A DNA stretch of 64,000 bases, taken from Octopus sinensis (taxonomy: Eukaryota). The notes below the pieces were generated by a model. The model had not been told where the DNA came from, did not search any database, and saw only the letters and a list, made by a program, of their open reading frames with translations. The position numbers were made by a program, and so were the translations under genes. The DNA lies in NCBI RefSeq assembly GCF_006345805.1, contig NC_043007.1:2232001-2296000 (forward strand), read 5' to 3'. Positions 25,375-37,854 of the stretch are shown one piece after another (the first letter of the stretch is position 1; each line of letters opens with the position of its first letter).

Positions 25375-25859
25375 ATTTATTGATCAATTTTCCTGGTGTA
25401 GTGTTGTCTCGGTGTTGAATTGTCCTAGTGTTAAATCGACGGTGTTGAGTTGTCCTGGTGTTAACCTGGACATGTTGAGTTATTCTGCACCCCCAATTAT
25501 GCGACTATGCCTTTTCCTGGATCGACAAAATATGTCTCATATTACCTTTCTCTGCATCCTCATCCTCGGTGTTTTTAATGTTCAAGACCCTGATTAGCTG
25601 TCACATTCATCTCATACAGACGTTGCTGGTACAAATCCCAAATCATTTATTTTTTACAACACGTTTCACAGACGTATAGATGCTCTGAAGCTTTTTTTCA
25701 TACCCAAGCAGAGCTTCTCTCAAGACATGGCCTTTTATTTTACTTTGGATCATGCCACTACTGCCTTATCATGATTACCCACCCCATATCCACACGCTAT
25801 GCAGCACCATATTCTACATAACATTTCAAAGACAGCAACCACCTCTACAACTTGAAATC

Positions 25860-27175
25860 CTCTTACTTCTACAGGACGAACCATACGACTTCCGCAAGGC
25901 CAGATCTACTGAAGAACTACTAATGTATGTCACTCAGCGTCCTTATGAAATTCGATGAAAACAATGTTGCTGCACTCGATATCAGTAAAATGTTTAAATC
26001 TCCGATTTAAATTGCCCGTCTATGAGATCAATCTCTCTCTTTTATTTTGTTCGTTTTGGAAGCTTTCTGTTAATCCATGAATACCCCTGGTTGCGTTTTC
26101 GCAACGCAAAACCTGCTCCTACTTGTTTGGGCATGAACTCGCCGGGAAACAGCTGATTGAGTATACGAAATGTTCAGTAGGTAGTCGACACTCGTAGCTA
26201 ACAGTTGCATACTGTCCTTCTCTCCCAGGTTGTGAAAGCTTACCATAACATTTAATCTAAATACAGTGACATTTTAAGACTTCATTTTTTTATGGGAGTC
26301 ACGGGTTAAATCGTACCTATTTCTTTACTACCCACAAGGGGCTAAACACAGAGAGGACAAACAAGGACAGACAAACGGATTAAGTCGATTATATCGACCC
26401 CAGTGCGTAACTGGTACTTTTTTAATCGACCCCGAAAGGATAAAAGGCAAAGTCGACCTCGGCGGAATTTGAACTCAGAACGCAGCGGCGGACGAAATAC
26501 TACAAAGTATTTCGCCCGGCGTGCTAACGATTCTGCCAACTCGTCGCCTTAAAATACGGGTTAAATCGTACCTTCACAGTATGTGCTGATAGATCTCTTT
26601 CCCTCTCCCCTCGTAGAGTCCATCAACTCTAGGGTGCCGAAGGCTTGTCATTTACCTTGCAACATTTTTTATTACACATAAACCATATACTGACCATCAA
26701 TTCCAACAACAACAACAACTCCAATATAGATAATACTACAATTCTCTAACCTTCCACACGCAAGTGTCAATTATGTGCAACCCGAACATCTGATGCTAAA
26801 TCCACATTAGATACACGAACAGAAAGCTCGAAAATGTTCCCCAGTAGCATTATTATATTAATATTGTATAATTCAGCTGCTCAAGTCATGCGAATGCAGT
26901 TGTGCCGCATTAAGCCAGGTAATGAACATCACGCAACTAAGACTTTAAAATGTTGCTACGAATTCTGGGTCTCACACTCTCAAATAATCTCTTCTTTCCC
27001 GGCGAATACACATCCACAACAAAACCACATGCACAGCACAAAAACTGACTTTCCTCTTCAGTCACAAGGTTTGCAAATTTGTGCAGAGCTCAAATGAGAG
27101 CCAAAACGGAATATTGCTCACACAACTAGAATTGTGCTGCTGCCACACGCACAACGTTTGTGTGGCTCATTGAGA
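25860..27175 (+). mobile_element. Decayed CR1-group (CR1/L2/Daphne-like) LINE RT region, interrupted by SINE B
   Basis: QDEPYDFRKARSTEELLMYVT and ENNVAALDISKMF (25870-26000); RILGLTLSNNL..RAQMRAKTEYCSH (26950-27125); possible 3' remnant to ~27890. Confidence 0.7.
26319..26550 (-). mobile_element. SINE family B with 18-bp TSD
   Basis: ACGGGTTAAATCGTACCT at 26301-26318 and 26556-26573. Confidence 0.93.
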
Positions 27176-27218
27176 ATAAGGTCAACGGATTTACATGGGT
27201 TATTTATCAATACACTCC

Positions 27219-27570
27219 GAGGCGCGTGGCCTAGTGATTACGGTTTCATACTCACGATCTCCAACTTGCAGGTTTGATTCCCGGATCGGATGCTGCGTTG
27301 TGTTCTTGAACAAAAACCTTCTTTTCACGTTGCTCGGTGCTGTGTGAGGGGCCGGCAAACCAAAGAAGAGACCCAACTTTTCCTCTGCATGTCGTAAATG
27401 TCGACTGAAAGAGGTTGAGGCAGGGCGTGCACTCCGGCCTAGTAAAACCCTCACCAGTAACGACTACTCAAAGCAGGCGCATGAGCTGGAGAATTGTCGC
27501 CTGAGTGGCGAATAGGGAGTCACAAACTAATGGTGGTTGCAGCGATGCCCTCTGTCAGCGCAGACCCCGA
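27219..27570 (+). mobile_element. SINE-like element G: family-C-type tRNA head on an unrelated body
   Basis: GGCGCGTGGCCTAGTG, GGTTTGATTCCC, GTTGTGTTCTTGAACAA..TTTCACGTTGCTC, then unique GC-rich body ending in (CTA)n. Confidence 0.6.
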
Positions 27571-28142
27571 CTACTACTACTACTATTACTCCTCCACTTC
27601 TTACTACTACTATTACTACTGCTGCTGCTGCTGCTTCTGCTGCTACTACTACTACTACTACTACTACAGTTAAAGCTGCCTCTATGCTCTCCGATTTTCT
27701 GCTGCTACTCAAGTGACCTTTGCTTGTCCTCCGAGCTGGACGGTCTCGAGTCACTGCTACTCAAGCCCGCCTGACTTGCATGTATCTTCTGGCCCCTGCA
27801 CCCCATATCATATCCGCCACCACCAGTTCTACACAGAACTCTTTACCCTATAACTTGCAGTGTTTTTCCTTCTGAAGTCATCGACTCTGAGTTGATTAAG
27901 TTAATAATCAGTTACCTTATCTTCCCCTGAGAAGGTCATCGGAATATTCCATTCCTCTTGGCCATTCCACTAGAATAAACTCCATTAAGTGTACAGCAAA
28001 TGGCAAAGGCAATGTATTTGCGCATCCAATACCGAGACTATTCGGATAAGAATGTCATATAGTTCATAGCGGGGATGTTTTACATTGTGTATATAAACTT
28101 TAAAATTACTTAAATATAATTTGTAATATATCTTGACATGAT

Positions 28143-28313
28143 AGGCACAGGAGTGGCTGTGTGGTAAGTAGGTTGCTTACAAACCACATGGTTACGGATT
28201 CAGTCCCACTGCGTGGCACGTTGGGCAAGTCTCTTTTACTATAGCCTCGGCCGACCAAAGCCTTGTGAGTGGATTTCGTAAACGGAAACTGAAAGAAGCT
28301 CGTCGCATATATG

Positions 28314-28348
<35 letters not shown>

Positions 28349-28561
28349 TTATTTATTTATGTGTGTTTGTCGCCCCAACATCGCTTGACAACCGATGCTG
28401 GTGTGCTTACGTCCACGTAACTTCGTGGTTCGGCAACAGAGACCGATAGAATAAGTACTAGGCTTACAAAGAACAAGTCCTGGGGTCGATTTGCTCGACT
28501 AAAAGTGGTGTTCCAGCATAGCCGCAGTCAAATGACTGAAACAAGTAAAAGAATAAAAGAA
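28143..28561 (+). mobile_element. SINE family A, full length
   Basis: Colinear with other A copies. Confidence 0.9.
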
Positions 28562-29256
28562 TGAAGGTTAGAGTATACTATCTATTTTCTCAGTTAACCG
28601 TGAAATTAAAATATTTTCAGCTTGATCGCTCTTACTACTCCTCAACTTACAAATAAAACTATTTTGATATGCACCACGCTAAACCTTCGCTTAAGTACTG
28701 TTATATAAATATATTTTGTTTTGTCTACAATCTTATTGCTAAGAATTATTTACCTCAAAACACAAGTTTTTTCTTGCTTTGAGAAGGAATGGGTGCTGCG
28801 TGTTTCCAAAATTAGTCAGAGACGATCTACAAAATTACTCTTGTTAACAGTTCTCCGAGTATAATTAATTTTGATTTACGGACTAGAAATTACAGTAATT
28901 TTTATAATGCAAAGGATATAATTTTGTTGATAATTACAAAATTTGTTAATGAGTCTGCAATTCGCTGATAATGTATAAAAAAACATCTCACAAAAAAATG
29001 TTAAAAAATGCTATTTCTTTTGAGGTCCTCTTGAGATGTATAATTTAATAGTTATGTGACAATATTATATCTGCGGTACATCTTTAAATTAAGCTGTCAT
29101 TGGGTAAATAGAACGTCTGCGCATCGAAACCGTTATGACGGTTTATATAAAGAGCATAAGTACCAACAAATCTTATGCATATTTTCAGTTTGATCGATCT
29201 TACTGCCCCTTAACTTACAACTACGACTATTTAGATATAATCCACGCTAAACATTC

Positions 29257-29668
29257 GAGTGGCTTTACGGTAAGTAGCTTGCTTATCAACCACATGGTTC
29301 TGGGTTTAGTCCCACTGTGTGGCACCTTAAGCAAGTGTCTTCTACTTTAGCCTCGGGCCGACCAAAGCCTTGTGAGTGGATTTGGTAGACGGAAACTGAA
29401 AGAAGCCCGCCGCATATATGTATATATATATATATATGTAAGTGTGTGTGTATATGTTTGTGTGTCTCTTTGTCCCCCCAACATCGCTTGACAACATTGC
29501 TAGTGTGTTTATGTCCCCGTAACTTAGCGGTTCGGCAAAAAGAGACTGATTGAATAAGTACTAGGCTTACAAAGAATAAGTCCCGAGGTCGATTTGCTCG
29601 ACTAAAGTCGGTGCTCCAGCATGACCACAGTCCAATGACTGAAACAAGTAAAAGAGTAAAAAAAGAGG
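29257..29668 (+). mobile_element. SINE family A
   Basis: Colinear with other A copies; first bases of head missing. Confidence 0.9.
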
Positions 29669-30051
29669 ATATACATGCCTAAATCAACAGCTAAATTCTA
29701 GATTTAGATTTCTGTTATAAAAGCACTTGGAAAGGCCTTGAGATTAACAAAAACAAAACAGCATAAAACAATAAATAAGCAGGATCAATCAAACCTTAAT
29801 TAATAACAGATGATCCAGTAAATTAGTAGAACAAAACATGCAATCGCGCAGAAACGATATTAACGCCATGAATAAAAGAGTGGCGATATCTCGCGAAAGC
29901 CAGCATCGTTGCACGCAAGCAAAAATGTATCCCGACCGTAAATAGGAAAACCTATTAACAACTCATGAAGTAACACACAACATGTGGTATTTCAGATTTA
30001 AAAAACAACAACAACAAAAAAAAACTACCATAAATGTTATAAATGAGAGCG

Positions 30052-30082
<31 letters not shown>

Positions 30083-30149
30083 TAATGATAGCATTTATAA
30101 TGATATGTAGTGAAACAAGTCTGGAAGTCAGTTAGCAAAATAAGAAACC

Positions 30150-30163
30150 ACATACATATGTTA

Positions 30164-30197
<34 letters not shown>

Positions 30198-30514
30198 TTG
30201 TACATATATATATATATATACACACACATATGTATGTATGTATGTATGTATGTATATATATATATATGTATGTATGTATATATATATATGTATGCATATA
30301 TATATGTATGTATGCATATATATATATATATGTATGTATATATGTATGTATATATATATGTATGTATGTATATATATATGTATGTATATATATATGTATG
30401 TATGTATATATATATGTATGTATGTATGTATATATATATATATATACACATATATATATATGAATGTATATATATATGTATATGTATATATATATATATG
30501 TATATGTATATATG

Positions 30515-30592
<78 letters not shown>
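30150..30592. repeat. Compound (TA)/(TATG) microsatellite
   Basis: Direct reading. Confidence 0.95.
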
Positions 30593-30594
<2 letters not shown>

Positions 30595-31487
30595 TCAAAT
30601 GCAACTATAAAAGCTGTCACCGCGTTACGAATCTAATTGTTGTATTGAACATATGAGCAAATCATTATATATTGGCTGACTGTGCACCTATAACAAAGAC
30701 TCTTGAGACACAGAATATCGCACACCATAAAATAAATATTGACAAGAAAATAATAAAAAAACATAGCAAAAGCAACACTGACTAAAAAAAAAAGCAGTGG
30801 AAAACAAATATTCTGTGTAGTTTCAAAAATATAAAGAATAAAAAAAAAAGCAGGAGAATAATTATAGAATAATGGTAATAGACAAATAGAAACCAAAATT
30901 CACCGGTCGATTAGCATGTCGTATTGATAGAACTTCTAAAATATGATACCCGTCACAAGTCAGAATTTTAAATTCAGGAAACAAACCGATAAAAGAAAGA
31001 TACAATGAAAGAACTTCATGCTTTTCAGCTATTAACTCCGCAAACTACTCCCAGGCCTGCAATTCCGTCATAAATCTTCTTGTTTCTAAGAGCGTGTGTG
31101 TGTAATGACAGCAGAGAGTTGCAACAATAAATATGCCAAATCGCTGAAGATAAAACGCCAAATAGAACATATTAATGTACATCTAGACACCAAACCATAA
31201 CAAAACACTTGAGAGCAAACATGTCTTTAATTATACAAGCGTACATGCGTTTATAATGTATGTACGTTTGCAAGTCTGTGGTGTAGAATTGCGTGTATAC
31301 ATATCTATATGTATTTATATATGCATACTTACACACTCACGCACACACACACGCATATATATCTATGCACAAAAAAATTATATTGTATGCACAATTATCT
31401 ATCCTTTACTTTCTCTTTATAATAATAAAAGATGGGCTACAAAAATAAGTTCTGCTTATTACCACAAATTTTCTTGTATGTTACTTG

Positions 31488-31878
31488 ATCTTAACCAGTT
31501 GAGCATGTCTCTTCATGGCTGCTGATATGTACATCTCTGATCACGAGCTGGAGTAGAGGGGGAGCATCATAGCCATGTGGCGAGGGGGATACTTTTGAGG
31601 TTTCAATAATTCACCTCTGGAAACATGACTTTTCACTCATCAACCTTAAATGACTCTTATTCAGATTCCACTTGAGTGGGATGTGCTAACGAAGTTGAGG
31701 AAAATTTTAATTGGACCCCAGGTGTATGGTCATGCGCTGTCTATTTTGATAGGAGATCAACACGTTGTGCACATATGGTTGTGATGCGTGTGCTTGCTGT
31801 ACCTTTCGCAGGGTATATTGGGCTTCGTATATTTATACCCCCAGCGTCACTTTGATGACATTCGGTGCTCTCTCACTC

Positions 31879-31880
<2 letters not shown>
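31488..31880 (+). mobile_element. Element E, older 5'-truncated copy with (TAA)n tail
   Basis: Aligns to 46495-46898 (TTAACCAGTTGAGCATGTC..GGAGCATCATAGCCATGTG..CTCTCTCACTCAATAATAAT). Confidence 0.75.
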
Positions 31881-31920
<40 letters not shown>

Positions 31921-31921
<1 letters not shown>

Positions 31922-32450
31922 GATGGATTCTCTTGTCGTGAACAACAAATGAGGATTCGGTAAAATAAAGCGTTAGTCATGTTCTATGGACACGAACGTG
32001 CCTCTTGAAGTCTGCTGGTACTTTGCAAACCTTTTGGCAAATGGAACGTGTTGAGGACTCAGCTTTCTCGAGTGCTTGTGGATCATTCACTATGTATTTC
32101 CTTGAGTGGATGGCAAGGCTGGCTTTGCATCTCGCTATAAAACCATAATGACAGGTAAGGTTTCCATTTAGAGGAACTGCGTTTTGCTAGCGTGCCTTCA
32201 TGCTTGCACGAAGTTGGTCCCGATGTTGGAGTCGACTTTGCTCCAATCTTTAAACTGAGTAGAAGCAGGACTGGCACCAGGTCCTACCTTCTGTTGATTT
32301 GTTTTCCCAGGAAGAAAAAGGAATGTTGCATCGCTTCAGGATATCTTTTAGTTTGTCTTTGAAGCGCAAGAATGGCCTTCCAACTGACCCACCTGTTGGG
32401 AATTGGCCAAAGAGAAGTTGCTTCGGAATTCTGATATCAATCATACATAA
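31921..32450 (-). mobile_element. RTE-clade LINE 3' fragment, decayed
   Basis: MIDIRIPKQLLFGQFPTGGSVGRPFLRFKDKLKDILKRCNI..SWE (RTE C-terminal signature), decayed C2H2 ICQKVCK..KRHVRVH, (ATT)n tail. Confidence 0.85.
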
Positions 32451-33175
32451 TAGATAACCTGACCACGGTATTTATGTTGGACTAGATCACATGACACACG
32501 CTATTATGTGTTCTAGAATGAGGCTCGCCACGAGGAAAGTTCTATTTTATTTAGTAACAGTAGCCCGATCTAACTCAACTCACAAATCTTGCCATGCTGT
32601 TCTTATTTGTTTTTACTTTTGTGTCGAGTACTTTCTGGATAATCCTCTCCGATTCAAGGAAACAAGTTTTCTTTATTGCAGCAATCTTTCTCCTTTGTTG
32701 ATTTTAATCATCCTTGGAGGATGCCTTTGTGTACTAATTGCTTACACGAATGCAGTCTCTTAAAAAAATTTCAAATCACTATGTTGCAGTGAAAGTTTAT
32801 TCAACCCTTTCTCAGTCCAAAGCATTTCCATAAGTTTCTCATATTCAGACTTTTAGTTAGCTGTTATTTCATACTTTATGAGTGACATAAAGCTTTCTTT
32901 TCACAAGTCTTAAATTACTCTGGTAGCTGAAGACAATTTGGGAATATATGATACATAAACGCCGGTGAAATATGTCCTGTGTTTCACGTCATACACAGGG
33001 TAGGCAAAAGATTAATCTGCATAACACTCCCATAAAGCATTTTCCTTCTGCCATTTTGTTGATGTTATGAACTGTATTATATAACAAGATATTCAATCTT
33101 TTAACACAGTAGGGTGTGATTAAGATCTGTTTGCTCTTTCTAGCAAATGTAAAACATTGTAGGCGCAACCAGTGA

Positions 33176-33715
33176 TACTGGTAGCTGGGTTGAATTGAAT
33201 TTTATTTTACAATTGTTCCAGTGTTAAAAATAATGTCCCCATTTTTGTTTTAGAATCATAGCAATGTTAGGAACAAGATATTCGCTTCTCTAATTACAAT
33301 AGTCGAACTCTTAGTAATAATACGCTCGCTTCTGGTACTGGTAGCTGGGTTGAATTGAATTTTATTTTACAATTGTTCCAATGTTAAAAATAATGTCCCC
33401 ATTTTTGTTTTAGAATCTTTGCAATGTTAGGAAGAAGATATTCGCTTCTCTATTACAATAGTCGCACTCTTAGAAATAATACGCTCGCTTCTGTTTGACA
33501 ATGGTGTTAGAAATAATATACCCGTTTGCATTTTACAATCGTTGCAATATTAACAATAATATATACGTTTCTGCTTTGCACTTGAAGCTGCATTAGGAAA
33601 AGAATCCCCGTCTCATTTTACAATCAATATACCATTAGGCACAACAGAACCATTTCTCTTTTACAATTGCTGAAGTGTTAGGAAATATTTGCAGCCTTAG
33701 AAATAATATACTCAT
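33176..33715. repeat. 160-bp tandem duplication inside a degenerate ~40-bp minisatellite
   Basis: TACTGGTAGCTGGG at 33176 and 33336; recurring TTACAAT..TGTTAG.AA subunits to ~33715. Confidence 0.75.
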
Positions 33716-34166
33716 CTCATGTTTTTGTTCTTGCGTTTGTTCCATATCGTCTACTCAAAAGTTGCTAATACAGATATTATCTGTAAATCAATTAATATTG
33801 ATTTTAATCCAATAATATTGGTTTTATGATCTCTATGGATATTTGTTTCATATTCGTTTGTGCACAAGTTTACATTCTTTTATGCTTTTGCTCATTTCAG
33901 TTACTACAGTATCATAATATTTCGACATTACTTTCAAAGGATTTTAGCCAGTTATAGCGACCCTCACTATTTAGTTTAGTTTTCATTTTATCGATCTCTA
34001 TTTATACAAAGGCAATGTTCATATAAGTTTCCTCCTGCCAAAGTTACTTGCTTTTACATACTTTAACACCATAATATACATATATCAAAATCAACGTGCA
34101 TACACACACACGCACACGCACACACACATTCACATACATGCACAAGCACATACAAACTCAAACGTG

Positions 34167-34209
<43 letters not shown>

Positions 34210-34218
<9 letters not shown>

Positions 34219-34460
34219 TGTTTGTTCTTGAGCTATGCCAGGCTCATAAAGGCCGGTTTCCTGGTTTCCTTAGCGTATAGGTTCCCCACCTGGACTGGAC
34301 GCCGGTCCGTCGCAGGTGAGCTGCAAGATGCAGGAGGAAAGAGTGAGAGAAAGTTGTGGCAAAAGAGTCAGCAGAAGTTTTCCATTACCTTCTATCGGAG
34401 CTGCGTGAAGCTTAGGTGTTTCGCTCATAAACACACACATCGCCCGGTCTGAGATTCGAA
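34210..34460 (-). mobile_element. SINE family D (5'-truncated at B box) with V-domain-like segment
   Basis: Body matches 10290-10435; CTGCGACGGACCGGCGTCCAGTCCAG; 3' end shared with family C; (CAAA)n tail. Confidence 0.8.
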
Positions 34461-35219
34461 GCAATAGCGTAAATAACGTTTTGTGTATGTGTGCGCGTTT
34501 GCATGTGTATGTGTGTGCGTTTGTTTGTATGTGTATATGTATGCGTGTGTGTGGGTGTATGCACCAGCGTGTGTTAAGGGGAAGGAGAAAGAGAGAGAAT
34601 AATATAGAGGAAGACTGAAAAGTGAAGTAAGAAAAATATGGAGAAATAAAGTTGGTGTGTCGGGTGTGTACAGTTTCTTCATGCCCAAATGTTTTATGCC
34701 GGGAAAGTATTTTATTGATGTGTGTTCGAAGTCTGGTATGATAAATTCATAGACATTACAATATAATGATTTATGGCAACATTTATTATAACAATTCATT
34801 TAAATCTATATATCTATACAAACATGTATACACACACATGCATGTATATATATATATACTCACTCTCTCTCTCACACACACACACACACGCACATATATG
34901 TATATAGATATATCGCGAGGTATATTTGCCACTTAAATGTGGCTAACTATTAATGGTGGAAGCTTCTGTAGTTTGTAGCCCCAGGAAGACATCTCTTCCA
35001 GCTGGCTATTGACACACTTTCTGTGCCCTATCATTATTTGCAAAGGGAAGCCATCCTTCCCATCTCCAACCTGACGTGATACACACGGACCCGAGATTCT
35101 GTGTATTGACCCATCATCAGCGTGTGTCATCACCGGTTTCCTCTTTATTATAGGCACAAGGCCTGAATACAGAGGGAACATACACAAACATGCACGAACA
35201 AAATAAAAACATATGAAAG

Positions 35220-36160
35220 AATGAATTGCAATGTATTAAATTATAATGAATATGAGACGGCTCTCTCGGTCCCGCTCCGAGACGAAACCGCGATTTCTTT
35301 TTTACAAGTAAACGTTCTTACAGTCTTTTTTCTTTTTTTTCCTTTTTTTCTTGTTCTTTTTCTTAGTCTTTTGCTTTTTGTATGTTTTTTTTTCTTTTTT
35401 CTTTATACATTTTAACAGTCTATTTTCCTCGTTTTTTTTATTTATGAAGTACAAATTTTACTTACTTATTTTTAAAAGTTCATAAAGGGTTTCAAATCTT
35501 CTAATTCCACGACCGGCGGGAGCTCGTCAAACTCGACTTCAACTCCCAGCGGGTCTATGAAATGTCCATACATCTTCTCTTAATTTCAAAAATCTCTCTT
35601 TATCTATGACTATTCCGGGTATTTTCCTGGCGGCAGCTTTACTCTTATTACCGATTTAAATTTTACAATCGTTTTCTCTACTTCTTTACTCTTGGAATAA
35701 GTGACCAAATGCCATTTGTATCTCTTCCTTTTCACTTCTGCCTGCTTCGGCTCCCGTCCTGATCCGTTTGCGCGTGCAGAAACATCACAACCAACATTAT
35801 GAACGCTCCCCCAATCTCCCCGTTGCAATGCTGCTCCCTCCTGTGTGCTCTCCTTCACCACTGCATCCGTTGGTGCTTTACACTTCTCCTTTCCTCCGTC
35901 TCAATCTCCCTCAGCCTCCTTTGACTGTCCGGGGGAGAATTCACCCGCTCTCCCCTCATTTTCGTGCCTACCACTGTGAAGGGCTCCTCCTCTCTATCTG
36001 TCTTCCCCATTGGTACTACCCCCTCGGCACTGCTCTCTTTACCTTTCCTCCCCTCCTCGTAACTTTGTCTATTCTCCATCTTTCTTCTCTCCTTCCGTCA
36101 ACAGTGACTGAAATTCAATCATTTACACAATCCAACGAATCTTAGTTCACCCGCGCGGGG
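35220..36160 (-). mobile_element. Decayed LINE ORF1 C-terminal half followed by A-rich tract and stem-loop
   Basis: ISVTVDGRR, charged low-complexity region, KWHLVTYSK..VKLPPGKYPE/IVIDKERFLKLREDVWTF; no APE/RT follows. Confidence 0.45.
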
Positions 36161-36373
36161 AAACCTACAACATTCAATATCAGTGTGTAACAATTAAAAT
36201 CCACATCGAAGAAATCACTACCAACACCCAATAGTGACAATCACCGATTGTCGATGGGAAGTGGTTCTCAATGCTTTTTCCAGTGACGAAAAGTCACTGA
36301 TCTCGAAAAAGTGTAAACAAGCAATAATAAATTTCTGAGCAAGATATAAACAGTAGCTGCACGACATCGTGAA

Positions 36374-36463
<90 letters not shown>

Positions 36464-36771
36464 GCAAATGCAAGTTCAGACTCTCAAAATCCAAGTGGTT
36501 ACTCAAATTGCTAGAAATACTAAACAAATTTCCTCAAATCACACTACAAGGGTAGATGCTATCTTTGATGTGTATAAGCAACTGAAAGTATTGGACGGAA
36601 GTCGGCCAAAAGATTAACCGGGAGCTTAAGTTCATCCTCATTTCAGATGAGCCGACAGGAATCAATGCTCCTGACTAAATAGGAACCTAACGAAAACCGT
36701 GTAAAGGACATCAACGTATATTTGCCTGCGACTGACAGCTTGTTATACTCTCCTGTTTATCATGACCTATG

Positions 36772-36905
36772 GAGATGCTTGGCCTAGTAGCTAGGTTTAG
36801 CCCTTCTGATAGTTAAGTTGTTGGTTCTATTCTCGAACCAGACGGGCGTGTTGTATCTTGGAGCAATGCATTTCAATTCAAATTGGTCCCAATCTGCTCA
36901 ACTGA
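36772..36905 (+). mobile_element. Decayed SINE family C head
   Basis: TGGCCTAGTAG..GGTTCTATTCTC..GACGGGCGTGTTGTATCTTGGAGCAA. Confidence 0.5.
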
Positions 36906-37441
36906 AATGACTACCCATCAAAGGCAGGGGTTAATCTTCCGGCCGACTTCCAGCCTGCGAAAGTGAAGTTTTGTACTTTCAGTCGCTTATACACTTCGGA
37001 AAAATCTCTGCCTTAATGAGACCCCGAAACTCGAAACCCAATTTAGCTGTATTTTCTCTGGTACTTCAACGGTATTGCCAAAAGAGTTACAACAATGATG
37101 ATGAGATAATCAGATAGATAAATACAATTATAATTCTTTGCAGATCAAAGCAAAAGGAAGCCGAAAATGAAAAAGCAAAGAAACAGAAAATAAACGAAAT
37201 GCCGAAAGAAGGAAGAGGAAACTTCATATTGACAATGGAGTATTATATAATGAAAACAGATTTTCAAAATACAATATTGTTCAAGCGAGAAGAAGGAAAA
37301 CCTTTATTGAGCTTGAATCGTCAATTGTAATAGTAACTTTTGAAGCTAGGTATTTCTAAGAGAACTAACTTCCGAACATTACACTGGCTTTCTAGCTTGT
37401 ATTTATCTACCTATCTATATTACGAATTAGCTTTACATGCA

Positions 37442-37505
<64 letters not shown>

Positions 37506-37796
37506 AACACGTAGACGCACACATATACATATGTGTGTGTATAAGTATATATACGATACACATACATGGGCACATACATTCATAGACATTCATACATTTG
37601 TAAAAATGTGTATCAACATATGTATGTATATACATACATAAATACATGCGTGCATACATGTATACATACACACACACAAACACACACACATACACACACA
37701 AATATATAATATTTGTAAACGAACCCGGAGGCTTGATAAGTTACGGAGAAAAAGCGACTACTAAAGTCATTTTTATACAATAATAACTATATAATA

Positions 37797-37851
<55 letters not shown>

Positions 37852-37854
37852 TAA

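Larger units (their letters stand above)
24073..25493 (+). mobile_element. Internally deleted Mutator-like (MULE) DNA transposon
   Basis: Inverted termini with repeated CCAGGACAACTCA motifs (24076-24135; 25380-25493); degenerate TSD CAGTTATACGA/CAATTATGCGA; FLYWCH fragment inside. Confidence 0.75.

Noticed and set aside
28143-28225. tRNA genes at SINE heads and at 57974-58046
   Set aside because: A/B boxes present but cloverleaf stems broken, and sequence continues into repeat bodies.
32780-32812. Tc1-like TIR word (CAGTGAAAGTTTATTCAACCC)
   Set aside because: No partner inverted end or transposase found.
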